Shown: piece after piece, positions 21,583-32,310 of the stretch | How positions within the stretch are numbered: the stretch's first letter is position 1 | Layout: every line of letters starts with the position of its first letter | Assembly: GCA_023410025.1 (NCBI GenBank) | Contig: JAEYQM010000086.1 | Coordinates: 966-64,965 of the forward strand | Direction of reading: 5' to 3' | Length of the DNA: 64,000 bases | Origin: Bacillota bacterium | Lineage (GTDB): Bacteria; Bacillota_I; Bacilli_A; ML615J-28; CAG-698 | Notes under the pieces: model-generated | The model's database searches: none | What the model saw: the letters and a program-made list of their open reading frames with translations, nothing else | What the model was told of the DNA's origin: nothing | Position numbers and translations under genes: made by a program

Positions 21583-23250
21583 ATGCTAACTGATATTGAG
21601 ATTATTAGAAAAAGTAAAATGCAAAAAATTAGTGACATTATAAAGAAATATGATATTTTAGACGAAGAAGTTTTTAATTATGGTAATTACATTGGTAAAC
21701 TAGACTTAAATATTTTTAAGAGGCTAAAAGATCAAAAAGACGGCAAACTTATTTTAGTATCAGCGATTAATCCAACTCCTGCAGGTGAAGGTAAATCAAC
21801 CACAACTATTGGGTTAGTTGATGCTTTAAATAAAATAGGAGCTAAAGCAATTGGTGCTATTAGAGAGCCATCTTTAGGACCTGTTTTTGGAGTAAAGGGT
21901 GGAGCAGCTGGTGGAGGTTATGCCCAAGTAAATCCAATGGCTGATTTAAACTTACACTTCTCTGGTGATATCCATGCAATAACAACTGCTAATAATTTAG
22001 TTAGTGCAATAATTGATAATCACTTATTTCAAGGTAATGAATTAAATATTGATCCAGATAAAATATCATGGAAAAGATGTATGGATTTAAATGATCGTTC
22101 ATTAAGAAAAGTTCAAGTAGGACTTAGTAGTAAAAAAGAAACCCCAAGATTTGATTATTTTAATATATCTGTAGCTAGCGAAATAATGGCAATTATATGT
22201 TTATCAACTTCAATATCAGATCTAAGGGAAAGATTGGATAGAACTATAGTTGCTTATACATATGATGATAAACCTATTACAATAAAAGACTTTCAAATTA
22301 CAGGTTCACTATTAGTATTATTAAAGGATGCAATTAAACCAAACATAGTTCAAACATTAGAAAATAATATGATGTTTGTACATGGTGGACCATTTGCCAA
22401 TATTGCTCACGGATGTAATTCATTAATGGCAACAAGACTTGCATTAAAACTAGGTGATTATGTAGTAACTGAAGCTGGATTTGGTGCTGATTTAGGAGCA
22501 GAAAAATTTTTAGATATAAAGTGTCAAATTGGTAATTTAAAACCAAGTATGGTAGTATTAGTTGCAACAATAAGAGCTTTAAAGTATCATGGCAATATGA
22601 AACTAGAATCTATCAAACAAGAAAATATTGATGCTCTTAAAAAAGGTATATGTAATCTTGAAAAACATGTAGAAACAATAAAAAAATTTGGATTAGAAGT
22701 TGTAGTTGCTTTAAATAAATTTGAAACAGATACAGATAATGAGATTAATACATTACTTGAATGGGCTAAAGTTAATAATATAGAAATTTCTCTAAGTGAA
22801 CTATTTGCCAAGGGTTCAGATGGAGGTATTGATCTAGCAAATAAAGTAATAAAATTAACAGAAATTCAATATAATAAATATCAACCTTTATATAAAATAA
22901 ATGACTCTTTATTTACAAAAATTAACACAATTGCAACAACTTGTTATGGTGCAAATGGTGTAACATTTAGTAAAGACGCATTAACAAAACTAGAAAAATT
23001 AGATCAATCAGAATATAGAAATTCCTATATAGTAATGGCAAAAACACCAAATTCATTAACAGATGATCCAAAAATATTAGGTAGACCAACAAACTTTAAT
23101 ATTAATATTAAAGAGGTGAGAGTTGCCAGTGGCTGTAATTTTGTAATATGCCTAACAGGAGATATAATGACAATGCCTGGACTTGGTAAAGAGCCGCTAG
23201 CAATTAAAATAAATATGGATGAAGACTTTAATATATATGGTTTAATGTGA
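21583..23250 (+). CDS. fhs: Formate--tetrahydrofolate ligase
   Basis: Formate-tetrahydrofolate ligase signature PTPAGEGKSTTTIGL and full-length conservation. Start at ATG 21583 after RBS AGGAGGG. Promoter-like TTGTAAAAAAGTATTGTATAAT upstream. Confidence 0.93.
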   Translation: MLTDIEIIRKSKMQKISDIIKKYDILDEEVFNYGNYIGKLDLNIFKRLKDQKDGKLILVSAINPTPAGEGKSTTTIGLVDALNKIGAKAIGAIREPSLGPVFGVKGGAAGGGYAQVNPMADLNLHFSGDIHAITTANNLVSAIIDNHLFQGNELNIDPDKISWKRCMDLNDRSLRKVQVGLSSKKETPRFDYFNISVASEIMAIICLSTSISDLRERLDRTIVAYTYDDKPITIKDFQITGSLLVLLKDAIKPNIVQTLENNMMFVHGGPFANIAHGCNSLMATRLALKLGDYVVTEAGFGADLGAEKFLDIKCQIGNLKPSMVVLVATIRALKYHGNMKLESIKQENIDALKKGICNLEKHVETIKKFGLEVVVALNKFETDTDNEINTLLEWAKVNNIEISLSELFAKGSDGGIDLANKVIKLTEIQYNKYQPLYKINDSLFTKINTIATTCYGANGVTFSKDALTKLEKLDQSEYRNSYIVMAKTPNSLTDDPKILGRPTNFNINIKEVRVASGCNFVICLTGDIMTMPGLGKEPLAIKINMDEDFNIYGLM

Positions 23251-23258
23251 GGTATAAA

Positions 23259-24101
23259 ATGATTTTAGACGGAAAAGAAACAAGTAAAAAGATAAAAGAT
23301 AGAGTTAAAGAACAAATAAAAGATATAGAAGATAAAATCACATTATTAGTTATATTAGTAGGCGATGATCCAGCTAGTCAAATATATGTTCAAAACAAAG
23401 AAAAAGCCTGCAAATATGTTGGTATTAAACCAATAACTTGGATATTAAATAAAAACATAACTCAAAAAGAATTAATTGGTAAAATTAATGAAGCAAATAA
23501 TGATCCTTCAATTAATGGTATATTGGTTCAATTACCTTTACCAAGTCATTTGGAAGAAAATATTATTATTAATACAATTAATCCAGATAAAGATGTTGAT
23601 GGATTAACAATTGTTAATCAAGGAAAATTATTCAATAATCAAAAGACAATTGTTCCAGCAACACCGCTTGGAGTTATGAATTTATTTAGTGAATATAAGA
23701 TGGATATTTCAGGTAAAAATGCCATTGTTATTGGAAGAAGTAATCTAGTAAGTAAACCTCTTGCTATGCTTTTACTCCAAAAGAATGCTACAGTTACAAT
23801 AGCTCATTCAAAAACTGTAAACTTAAAAGAAATAGTAAAGACTATGGATATTGTAATAAGTTGTGTTGGTAAACCAAATTTAATTACTGCCGATATGATT
23901 AAAGATGATGCAATAGTAATCGATGTTGGAATCAACAGATTAAATACAAAAATAGTTGGTGATGTAAATTATGAAGAAGTTAAACAAATTGCTAGTGCCA
24001 TTACCCCAGTCCCTGGAGGAGTTGGACCAATGACAATTGCATCACTAATTGAAAATGTAGTAGCATGTTATAAAATACAAAAAAGTAAGGAAACAATATG
24101 A
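23259..24101 (+). CDS. folD: Bifunctional methylenetetrahydrofolate dehydrogenase/cyclohydrolase
   Basis: MILDGKETSKKIK N-terminus, SQIYVQNKEKAC, NADP-binding GRSNLVSKPLAMLL, PVPGGVGPMT motif. ATG 23259 after GAGGT. Confidence 0.93.
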   Translation: MILDGKETSKKIKDRVKEQIKDIEDKITLLVILVGDDPASQIYVQNKEKACKYVGIKPITWILNKNITQKELIGKINEANNDPSINGILVQLPLPSHLEENIIINTINPDKDVDGLTIVNQGKLFNNQKTIVPATPLGVMNLFSEYKMDISGKNAIVIGRSNLVSKPLAMLLLQKNATVTIAHSKTVNLKEIVKTMDIVISCVGKPNLITADMIKDDAIVIDVGINRLNTKIVGDVNYEEVKQIASAITPVPGGVGPMTIASLIENVVACYKIQKSKETI

Positions 24102-24655
24102 AGTTAATTATTGGATTAGGAAACCCAGGAAAGAAATATGAAAAAACTAGACACAATGTTGGGTTTATGTTTGTAGATAGTGTAGTAAATAAATTAAATG
24201 GTAAATTTACTCTTGATAAATCGAAAAAATGTGAATTGTTTGAAACAAGTATAAATAATGAAAAAGTAATATTTATCAAACCAATTACATATATGAATTT
24301 AAGTGGAGAAGCAGTATTTGAAGTAACAAAATTTTATAAAATACAACCTCAAGATATTTTAGTTGCATATGATGATTTAGATTTAGATGTTGCAAGAATA
24401 AAAATTAAACCAACTGGCTCAAGTGGTGGACATAAAGGAATGCAATCAATTATAGATCATTTACATACTAATGATATCAAAAGAGTAAGAATAGGAATAT
24501 CTAAATCAAGTGATATCCAAGTTGTTGATTATGTTTTGGGGAACTTCTCTAAGCAGGAGAAAAAAGATATTGATTTGTCTCTTGAAAAAGGGTATGATAT
24601 AGTTATGGATTTTATCTATTACTCGTTTGAAAAAGTAATGAATACATATAATTAA
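24098..24655 (+). CDS. pth: Peptidyl-tRNA hydrolase
   Basis: MKLIIGLGNPG...TRHNVGF signature. Overlaps folD stop. Followed by mfd as in Bacillus (spoVC-mfd). Confidence 0.95.
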   Translation: MKLIIGLGNPGKKYEKTRHNVGFMFVDSVVNKLNGKFTLDKSKKCELFETSINNEKVIFIKPITYMNLSGEAVFEVTKFYKIQPQDILVAYDDLDLDVARIKIKPTGSSGGHKGMQSIIDHLHTNDIKRVRIGISKSSDIQVVDYVLGNFSKQEKKDIDLSLEKGYDIVMDFIYYSFEKVMNTYN

Positions 24656-24668
24656 ATATATTAAATAA

Positions 24669-24698
24669 GGACTTGTAATCTATTTATAAGTCCATTTT
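24669..24698 (+). terminator. Weak terminator-like hairpin between pth and mfd
   Basis: 10-bp stem GGACTTGTAA/TTATAAGTCC (one G-U pair), 5-nt loop, followed by ATTTTG. Probably a partial terminator. Confidence 0.35.
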
Positions 24699-24717
24699 GA
24701 TATGTTAGGAGGAAAAA

Positions 24718-27700
24718 ATGTACAATGTTATAGATTTTTTTAAGAAAGAGTTAGTTATTCAAGAAATCTCTAAGAAAATAAAAAACAATAGTTATAATAT
24801 TCTTGTAAATAATACGACAAGTAATCATAACTATCTTTTAGCATACCTTTCCTTTCTTGAAACAAATGATTATATTATATATGTTACTCCTAATATATAT
24901 AAAGCAACTTTAGCGTATGAAAATTTATGTCAGTTAGTAGGATATGAAAATGTAAATTTTTATGCCAATGATGAAATTGTAGCTAGTGAATTATTAGCTG
25001 TAAGTAGTGAATTTAGATTTGAAAGATTACATACTGTAAATTCAATAATTAGACAGAAAAAAAAGATTATTGTTACTCATGTTGGTGCCTTAACAAGAAA
25101 ACTAATGAGTAAAGATGATATTTTAAAAAATGTAATTAATCTTAAAAAAGGACAAACAATTGTTGTAAAAGAAATTATAAATACTTTAATTAGAAGTGGA
25201 TATAAAAGAGTTCCATTAACAACAAAAGTTGGAGAATTTTCTGTACGTGGAGAAATCATAGATATATTTGCCGTTAATGCAAATGTTCCATATCGTATTG
25301 ACTTATTTGATGATGAAATAGAATATATTAAATCATTTGATACAATAACTCAAAAAACAGTTGAAAATATAAATGATATTGAAATATTCCCAATCAATGA
25401 ATTAATATATGGTAATCCAGATGAAATAATTGAAAAGATAAAAAAAGCATGCGGAAATACGATAACAAATTCAATACTAAATGATTTAGATGATATTAAA
25501 AATTATAACAATATTGAAAGAATTCATAAGTATATTGATTACTTTACAGATAACACTTCAACATTAATTGACTATATAGATAACAAAATTGTATTATATG
25601 AAGAAATAAAAAGAATTGAAGAAAATTATGAAAAAACTATTGTTGAATTAAATAGTTATATTGAATCAAAAAATACCCCTCAAAATTTAGTTTTAAACTA
25701 TATTAGTGATTATAACGATATCTTTACAAATGTTAATAAAAAGATATATCTAACAGAATTTCGTCAATCAATTAACAATATTTTAATTGATGATATAATT
25801 GATTTAAATGGTTATATGGTTGTTGATTATCAAAATGATGTTAAGAGTTTTATTCAAGATTTAAAGTTAAACAAGAAAACATATATTGTTGCTCCAAGCA
25901 CTGATCAATATATATCATTGCTTGAAGAGATGTTAAATAGTAATGAAATAAAATATAATAAATCTTTAGATATTGTTACGAATGGAATTAATTTAATACC
26001 ATTAAAAAATGCTATAAGTTTTGGTTTTATTGGTGGAATTGAAGTAATATCAGATCAAAATATTTTTAAAAAATTAAAGTTTAAACAAACAAAATATAGA
26101 AGTGCATATCAAAATACACAAAAGATAAATTCTAAGGAAGATATTACGCCAGGAGAATATGTAGTTCATTATGATTATGGAATTGGTCAATATTTAGGTA
26201 TTAAAACTGTTGAATTACAAAACATAAAAAATGACTATATTGTATTAAGATTTGAAAATATGGAATTGTATATTCCAGTTGAAAATATTAACCTTTTAGA
26301 GAAATATCAAGGTACTGAAGGAACAGTACCAAAACTTACATCTATTGGTACAAATGAGTGGGAAAAGAAAAAGAAGAAAGTTCGTGAAAAACTTGAAAGT
26401 ATTGCTCGTGAATTAATAGAAATTCAAGCTATAAGACAAGAAAAAAAAGGATTTACTTACAAAGAAGATGATTATATTCAAGAATCATTTGAAAATGACT
26501 TTGAATACAATGAAACAGTCGACCAACTAAAAGCCATAGATGAAATCAAAAAAGATATGGAAGAAGGTTTAATTGTTGATAGACTTGTATGTGGTGATGT
26601 AGGATATGGTAAAACTGAGGTTGCCATGAGAATTGCTATGAAAACTGTTCTTAACGGAAGGCAAGTAGCATATCTTGCACCAACAACAATTTTGAGTCGT
26701 CAACATTATTTATCTTTTAAAGAAAGATTTGATAAATATGGGATTAGAATTGAACTTGTAAATCGTTTTGTAAGTCCGAAAAAACAAGATGAAATAATTG
26801 CAAAATTAAAAACCCAAGATGTAGATATTGTAATTGGTACACATAGATTATTAAATGAAGAAATTAAATATAAAAACTTAGGTTTATTAATTGTCGATGA
26901 AGAGCAAAGATTTGGTGTTATCCACAAAGAAAAGATTAAAAAATATAAAAATAATATTAATGTCTTAACTCTAACAGCAACACCAATCCCAAGAACTTTA
27001 CAAATGTCATTAATGGGAGTAAGACAATTAAGTTTAATTGAAACACCACCTCAAAATAGATATCCAGTTCAAACATATGTTGTTGAGGAAAATGATGTAA
27101 TTATTAAAGAAGCTATATATCGAGAACTTGGTCGAAATGGTCAAGTATTCTATTTACATAATCGCGTTTCAACATTAGAAAAAACATTTAGACGTCTAAA
27201 AAGATTAGTGCCCGAAGCTAAAATTTTAATAGCTCATGGACAAATGGATAAAGACACTTTAGAAAATGCCATTCAATCATTTATTGATAAAGAATACGAT
27301 GTCTTATTATGTACAACAATAATTGAAACAGGTATTGACATTCCTAACACAAATACACTAATAGTTGATATGGCTGATAGATTAGGTCTAGCGCAAATGT
27401 ATCAAATTAGAGGTCGTGTTGGTCGTGGAGATAGAGTTAGTTATGCATATTTTATGTATGAAGAAGATAAGGTATTAACTGATACTTCTAGTAAACGTCT
27501 CAGTGCAATTAAAGAATTTACTACTCTAGGTAGTGGATATAAAATAGCTCTAAGGGATTTGGCAATAAGAGGTGCTGGAGATATCTTAGGTCAAGAACAA
27601 TCAGGATTTATAGATAGTATTGGCCTAGAAATGTATATGAAAATGCTAAATGAAGCAATTCAAAAATTAAAAGGAATTGAAGTAAATGATGATAAACCAA

Positions 27701-28140
27701 AGAATTGGAATATTGAAGTTTCAAAGCATGTTAGTGACAAATATGTTAATGATGATGATGTAAAAATATATATTCATAAATCAATTACTAAGATTAAATC
27801 AAAACAAGAAAAAGAAGAAATTATTAATGAATTAACAGATCGCTTTGGTAAATTAAATGAAGATATTCTCCTTTATATTGATAAAGTATATTTGGAATCT
27901 TTGCTTACAAAAGTTGGAATTGAAGATATTAAAGAAACAAGTAATAATGTAAAAATGGTATTTGGTCTTGAAGTAAGTTCAACAATAGATGCTTCTGTAA
28001 TATTTAAAAAAGCATATCAAATTTCAAGAGAATTTAGCTTTGAATATAAGAGTAAAAGGATAATTATATATCTAAATAAAATAAACAAAGATAAGACATG
28101 GATTAAAAAAATTATTGAACTATTGGAAAGCTTTGTATAA
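24718..28140 (+). CDS. mfd: Transcription-repair coupling factor
   Basis: 1140 aa. UvrB-homology N-terminus, RNA-polymerase-interaction domain, superfamily-2 helicase motifs (GDVGYGKTEVA, DEEQRFG, TATPIPRT, QIRGRVGR), TRCF C-terminal domain. Confidence 0.95.
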   Translation: MYNVIDFFKKELVIQEISKKIKNNSYNILVNNTTSNHNYLLAYLSFLETNDYIIYVTPNIYKATLAYENLCQLVGYENVNFYANDEIVASELLAVSSEFRFERLHTVNSIIRQKKKIIVTHVGALTRKLMSKDDILKNVINLKKGQTIVVKEIINTLIRSGYKRVPLTTKVGEFSVRGEIIDIFAVNANVPYRIDLFDDEIEYIKSFDTITQKTVENINDIEIFPINELIYGNPDEIIEKIKKACGNTITNSILNDLDDIKNYNNIERIHKYIDYFTDNTSTLIDYIDNKIVLYEEIKRIEENYEKTIVELNSYIESKNTPQNLVLNYISDYNDIFTNVNKKIYLTEFRQSINNILIDDIIDLNGYMVVDYQNDVKSFIQDLKLNKKTYIVAPSTDQYISLLEEMLNSNEIKYNKSLDIVTNGINLIPLKNAISFGFIGGIEVISDQNIFKKLKFKQTKYRSAYQNTQKINSKEDITPGEYVVHYDYGIGQYLGIKTVELQNIKNDYIVLRFENMELYIPVENINLLEKYQGTEGTVPKLTSIGTNEWEKKKKKVREKLESIARELIEIQAIRQEKKGFTYKEDDYIQESFENDFEYNETVDQLKAIDEIKKDMEEGLIVDRLVCGDVGYGKTEVAMRIAMKTVLNGRQVAYLAPTTILSRQHYLSFKERFDKYGIRIELVNRFVSPKKQDEIIAKLKTQDVDIVIGTHRLLNEEIKYKNLGLLIVDEEQRFGVIHKEKIKKYKNNINVLTLTATPIPRTLQMSLMGVRQLSLIETPPQNRYPVQTYVVEENDVIIKEAIYRELGRNGQVFYLHNRVSTLEKTFRRLKRLVPEAKILIAHGQMDKDTLENAIQSFIDKEYDVLLCTTIIETGIDIPNTNTLIVDMADRLGLAQMYQIRGRVGRGDRVSYAYFMYEEDKVLTDTSSKRLSAIKEFTTLGSGYKIALRDLAIRGAGDILGQEQSGFIDSIGLEMYMKMLNEAIQKLKGIEVNDDKPKNWNIEVSKHVSDKYVNDDDVKIYIHKSITKIKSKQEKEEIINELTDRFGKLNEDILLYIDKVYLESLLTKVGIEDIKETSNNVKMVFGLEVSSTIDASVIFKKAYQISREFSFEYKSKRIIIYLNKINKDKTWIKKIIELLESFV

Positions 28141-28185
28141 TTTAACCAGTTTGTTGAATAATATAAACAAGCGAGGTGGAAAAAA

Positions 28186-28716
28186 ATGAAAGCTACAGGT
28201 GTTGTGAGACGAATTGATGATTTAGGTCGAATTGTAATTCCAAAGGAAATACGAAGAAGTCTAAGAATTAGAGAAGGAGACTCACTTGAAATATATTCAG
28301 AAGGAAATGATTCAATAGTTTTAAAAAAGTACTCGCCTGTCCAATCAATTGAGAATTTCGCAATCCAATTTGCTGAAGCAATTTACGCAACTTCTAAAAG
28401 GGAAGTTATTATTACTGATAATGAAAAAGTAATTGCATGTGCAGGTGGATTTAGAAAAGACATTATTGGTAAGAAAATTGATATCAGGTTAGATGAAAAA
28501 GTTCAAAAAAGAACATTACAGATATTTAACAAAAATGACAATGTAGAGATAACTGACAATTTAATAATTAAATCTGCTGTTGTTTTAAAACCAATTTCAG
28601 TGTATGGCGATCTAATTGGTTGTGTTATTGTCATTGGTGATAATCAAATTACGGACGTAGAAAAAGCATTAGTGGAATCCTCCGCTACCTTCTTATCCAA
28701 ATATTTAGAATCATAA
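28186..28716 (+). CDS. spoVT: Stage V sporulation protein T (AbrB-N plus GAF-like)
   Basis: N-terminal AbrB/MazE swapped-hairpin motif MKATGVVRRIDDLGRIVIPKEIRRSLRI. 176 aa. Position immediately after mfd reproduces B. subtilis pth-mfd-spoVT synteny. Confidence 0.85.
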   Translation: MKATGVVRRIDDLGRIVIPKEIRRSLRIREGDSLEIYSEGNDSIVLKKYSPVQSIENFAIQFAEAIYATSKREVIITDNEKVIACAGGFRKDIIGKKIDIRLDEKVQKRTLQIFNKNDNVEITDNLIIKSAVVLKPISVYGDLIGCVIVIGDNQITDVEKALVESSATFLSKYLES

Positions 28717-28738
28717 GTTAAATACTTATGATTTTTTT
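28712..28738 (+). terminator. Intrinsic terminator after spoVT
   Basis: CATAAGT-TAAAT-ACTTATG followed by ATTTTTTT. Confidence 0.6.
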
Positions 28739-28815
28739 GTAAATGCTTTATATTAATAATAAAATATTGAAAAATATTTATAATATGATATAATAAATAT
28801 AAAGAGGAGAAAAAT

Positions 28816-29676
28816 ATGGAAAAGATTGCTATTATCTCGGACGTAAATGCCGGTTTGGACTATATCGGATACGACCCTGGAATTCCAGTCCTTCGTTCAA
28901 TAATTAATTTTGGCGATGAACATCTTGTTGATGGAAAAGAAATAATGGCTGATGAGTTTTACAAAAGACTTGAAAAAAGCCCATTAATTCCTTCTACATC
29001 AGCTCCAACGGTTGGAGAGGCAATGGAACTAATTGAAAAATTAATTGATAAAAAATACACTGATGTTATCATGTATTCTATATCTTACAAATTAAGTTCA
29101 ATTGGTCAAATGGTGGAAACATTAATTGATGAGTATAAAAATCAAATTAACATTCACGTGGTAGACACAAAACATGCGGCATACATGCAAGGCTACCTTG
29201 CTATTAATGCCAAAAAGATGGTAGATGTTGGAAAATCAGTAAAAGAGATTTTAGATAGATCTTATCAACTTATTGAACATTCTCATGCATATTTTGTTGT
29301 TGATAATCTAAACTATTTAGTGAAGAATGGTCGTATTACAGGAGCTGCTGGATTCCTTGGTGGACTTCTAAAAATTAAACCAGTTCTTGAAATTACTAAA
29401 GACGGCAGAATTGTTAGTTTTGAGAAAATCAAAACACATAGAAAAGCAGTTGAACGAGCAATTGAATTAATTGAAAGTGAAATAAAAGGTGCAAACAAAA
29501 TTGCATTATTTGTATTTCATACAGTAAGAGAAGATGATGCTAAGAAGATTGCTAATTATTTTAGTGAAAAAATAAAATCTGAGAAATCAATTGAAATACA
29601 TATGATAACTCCAGCTGTAGGCGCTCATATTGGATTAGGAGTGCTTGGAATTGGATATTTCATATTAGAAAAATAG
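28816..29676 (+). CDS. DegV-family fatty-acid-binding protein (FakB-like)
   Basis: 286 aa DegV/EDD fold signature (IAIISDVNAG...STSAPTVGE...FVFHT). RBS AGAGGAG. Promoter-like TTGAAA...TATAAT upstream. Confidence 0.8.
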   Translation: MEKIAIISDVNAGLDYIGYDPGIPVLRSIINFGDEHLVDGKEIMADEFYKRLEKSPLIPSTSAPTVGEAMELIEKLIDKKYTDVIMYSISYKLSSIGQMVETLIDEYKNQINIHVVDTKHAAYMQGYLAINAKKMVDVGKSVKEILDRSYQLIEHSHAYFVVDNLNYLVKNGRITGAAGFLGGLLKIKPVLEITKDGRIVSFEKIKTHRKAVERAIELIESEIKGANKIALFVFHTVREDDAKKIANYFSEKIKSEKSIEIHMITPAVGAHIGLGVLGIGYFILEK

Positions 29677-29685
29677 GAGGCTATC

Positions 29686-29973
29686 TTGAATTTAAAATTT
29701 TTAAAAATTTGGTTAATAACCGCTTATAGTTTTTGTGGTCTTGGTGCAATTTACTATCTAATTAGATTAGGAGATTTAATCTTTAACGAAAATGAAACTC
29801 CAAAATTATTATTAAGTTTAAATTTATATGCTATTATTTCTTTTGGTATAGCAATTATTATGTTTATACTAGTAATTCCTATGTCAAAAAAAGTTGAAAG
29901 CAAAGTAAATAATAACAAAGATAGTAAACAAATTGAGTCTGAAATATTAAATAAATATAAGTCTAAAAAATAA
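29686..29973 (+). CDS. Small membrane protein (95 aa, TTG start)
   Basis: Two hydrophobic helices and a basic C-terminus. RBS AGGAGG 5 nt upstream of TTG. Confidence 0.4.
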   Translation: MNLKFLKIWLITAYSFCGLGAIYYLIRLGDLIFNENETPKLLLSLNLYAIISFGIAIIMFILVIPMSKKVESKVNNNKDSKQIESEILNKYKSKK

Positions 29974-29990
29974 AATAGGAGGAATAGACA

Positions 29991-30851
29991 ATGTTAGTAA
30001 GTATGAAAAATATGCTTGAAAAAGCAAAGGAAGGAAAATATGCCGTAGGCCAATTCAATATTAACAATCTTGAATGGACTAAGACAATATTAACTGTAGC
30101 TGAAGAAGCTAATTCACCAGTAATTCTTGGTGTTAGTGAAGGTGCTGCACGCTATATGGGTGGATTCAACACAGTTGTTGGTATGGTAAAAGGTTTAATG
30201 CAAGACCTTAAGATTACAGTAGATGTTGCAATTCATTTAGATCATGGATCAACATTTGAAAACTGTAAAAAGGCAATTGATGCTGGATTTACATCAGTTA
30301 TGATTGACGGAAGTCATCATCCATTACAAGAAAACATTGCATTAACAAAACAAGTTGTTGATTATGCACATTCTAAAGGTGTAAGCGTAGAAGCTGAACT
30401 TGGAACTGTTGGTGGTCAAGAAGATGATGTTATTGGTGATGGTATCAAATATGCAGATAAAGATGAATGCGTATTATTATGTAAAGAAACAGGAATTGAT
30501 TTCTTAGCACCAGCTTTAGGAAGCGTTCATGGACCTTACAAAGGCGAACCAGTATTAGGTTTTAAAGAAATGGAAGAAATCAAAAACGCTACTAACAAAC
30601 CACTAGTATTACATGGTGGAACAGGTATCGATGATGAAAAAATCAAGAGAGCAATTAGCTGTGGAACTGCTAAGATTAATGTTAACACAGAATGCCAAAT
30701 TTTCTTTACACGTGAATTAAGAAAAGCATTAGATGCAAACGCAGAAGTTTACGATCCTCGTAAATATTTAGGCCCTGCTGCTAAAGGAATTGCTGAAGCT
30801 GTTAAAGCTAAAATCGCAATCTTTGGTTCAGCTGGTAAAGCAACTAAATAA
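29991..30851 (+). CDS. fba: Fructose-bisphosphate aldolase, class II
   Basis: 286 aa. Class II aldolase motifs ([21 protein letters not shown]). RBS AGGAGG. Confidence 0.92.
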   Translation: MLVSMKNMLEKAKEGKYAVGQFNINNLEWTKTILTVAEEANSPVILGVSEGAARYMGGFNTVVGMVKGLMQDLKITVDVAIHLDHGSTFENCKKAIDAGFTSVMIDGSHHPLQENIALTKQVVDYAHSKGVSVEAELGTVGGQEDDVIGDGIKYADKDECVLLCKETGIDFLAPALGSVHGPYKGEPVLGFKEMEEIKNATNKPLVLHGGTGIDDEKIKRAISCGTAKINVNTECQIFFTRELRKALDANAEVYDPRKYLGPAAKGIAEAVKAKIAIFGSAGKATK

Positions 30852-30857
30852 TATAAT

Positions 30858-30890
30858 AAAAAGACTCAGTTTTGAGTCTTTTTAATTTTT
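30858..30890 (+). terminator. Intrinsic terminator after fba
   Basis: AAAGACTCA-GTTT-TGAGTCTTT followed by a T-run. Confidence 0.7.
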
Positions 30891-30937
30891 TTATTGAGAA
30901 TTTAGTATTCTGGTGTTATAATAATAAAGGTGATTTA

Positions 30938-31669
30938 ATGGAAAGACATGTATGCCCATACTGCAAGAAGAATACATTTAATAATTTATGTGAGTTTTGT
31001 AATTTAAAATTTGATGAATTTAATGAAACAAACAAATTAATGTATGATTTAAAAATAGCAATTATTAATGATGATAAATTTAATATTAGGAGATGTGCAA
31101 ATGAACTTCCTAAAACTAATCTAATTAATTACTATCTTTCATATTCCAATAATGAAGAGTGTAATTTTAAACACTTTAGTGATTTAGAATTAATTGAAGT
31201 TGGATTACATAAAAAAGATGATAACTTTATAAAAACACATGTAAAGAACAAGGAACTTTTAAATCATGATGGTAACTTTGATATCAAATTATTAGAAAAC
31301 GTGGAAATACAAACTGAGAATAGATATATTGATATAAGAAGTTTTGGTAAAGCTTTACTTATACTAAGTGGAGTACTGAGTGTTATATTTATCCTTATAA
31401 CATTTCTAATTACCCAAAACATAAGATTATACTATCAAGTGATTTTATTAATATTTCCGGGAATATTATTTACAACGGGATTATTCAAATTCTTTAAAAA
31501 GAAAACAATTAAACTAGTCCATGTATTAATAACTATTTTATTTATATATCTAATAACCTATTTATTAAATATAAAATATAATACAAACATTATAACTCAT
31601 ACTAAAGAAGTATTTTTTAGTATATATAATTTACTAAAGTATTATGTAAATAGAGGTATTAATTTATGA
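30938..31669 (+). CDS. Zinc-ribbon (CPYC...CEFC) protein with C-terminal multi-helix membrane domain, unknown function
   Basis: Start at ATG 30938 after AAAGGTGA; the track start at 30872 lies inside the fba terminator. Promoter TTGAGA-17-TGTTATAAT at about 30895-30923. N-terminal CxxC-x8-CxxC, about 4 C-terminal transmembrane helices. Very AT-rich coding sequence. Confidence 0.6.
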   Translation: MERHVCPYCKKNTFNNLCEFCNLKFDEFNETNKLMYDLKIAIINDDKFNIRRCANELPKTNLINYYLSYSNNEECNFKHFSDLELIEVGLHKKDDNFIKTHVKNKELLNHDGNFDIKLLENVEIQTENRYIDIRSFGKALLILSGVLSVIFILITFLITQNIRLYYQVILLIFPGILFTTGLFKFFKKKTIKLVHVLITILFIYLITYLLNIKYNTNIITHTKEVFFSIYNLLKYYVNRGINL

Positions 31670-32247
31670 AAATATATGGAAGACATGAATTAGAAAAATT
31701 AATTATTAAAAGAGATTTATTAAGAAAACAATACGTTGAGCAAGCAGAAGAAATTGGTTTTAAATATAATATAAAAAAATTACAAGCTAAAAGGCAAGCA
31801 AAAAAATTTAATATTTTTATAGATCTAAACTTTGTGGCTATTTTATTATATTGTTTAATTACCTACAAATATTTTAATAATATTTTTATATTAATTTTTT
31901 TAGGATTATTAATTGCTTCAATGGGATTTTTAATATATATGTATATTATGAAAAATAATATATATCAAAAATTAGAAGAAGAATTTACTAAAGAAAATGA
32001 ATCTAATAATCAATTTGGTAAACAAATTGTTGATGCTAATTACCAAGTAGCTAAATGTGCTATTGGTGTAATAATATATTCTGAAAACTTTTTATTGCTT
32101 GATAACTTAAGTGAAATAGAAAAAAACAAAAAATTTCAAGAATTATTCTATACTTATGTTAGAGCAATTGATAAAGTACATGGTAATAAAGCAACAGTAG
32201 AAGATTATATAAGTTACTATTATAATTGGGAAAGAAAGTTTTTATGA
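31666..32247 (+). CDS. Hypothetical membrane protein (193 aa)
   Basis: Start overlaps the upstream stop (ATGA). Two central transmembrane helices. Confidence 0.5.
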   Translation: MKIYGRHELEKLIIKRDLLRKQYVEQAEEIGFKYNIKKLQAKRQAKKFNIFIDLNFVAILLYCLITYKYFNNIFILIFLGLLIASMGFLIYMYIMKNNIYQKLEEEFTKENESNNQFGKQIVDANYQVAKCAIGVIIYSENFLLLDNLSEIEKNKKFQELFYTYVRAIDKVHGNKATVEDYISYYYNWERKFL

Positions 32248-32310
32248 TTATTTTAAGAATAATATAGTATAAATAGTATACCAAATTAATATTTTATAGT
32301 GGTGAACTAA

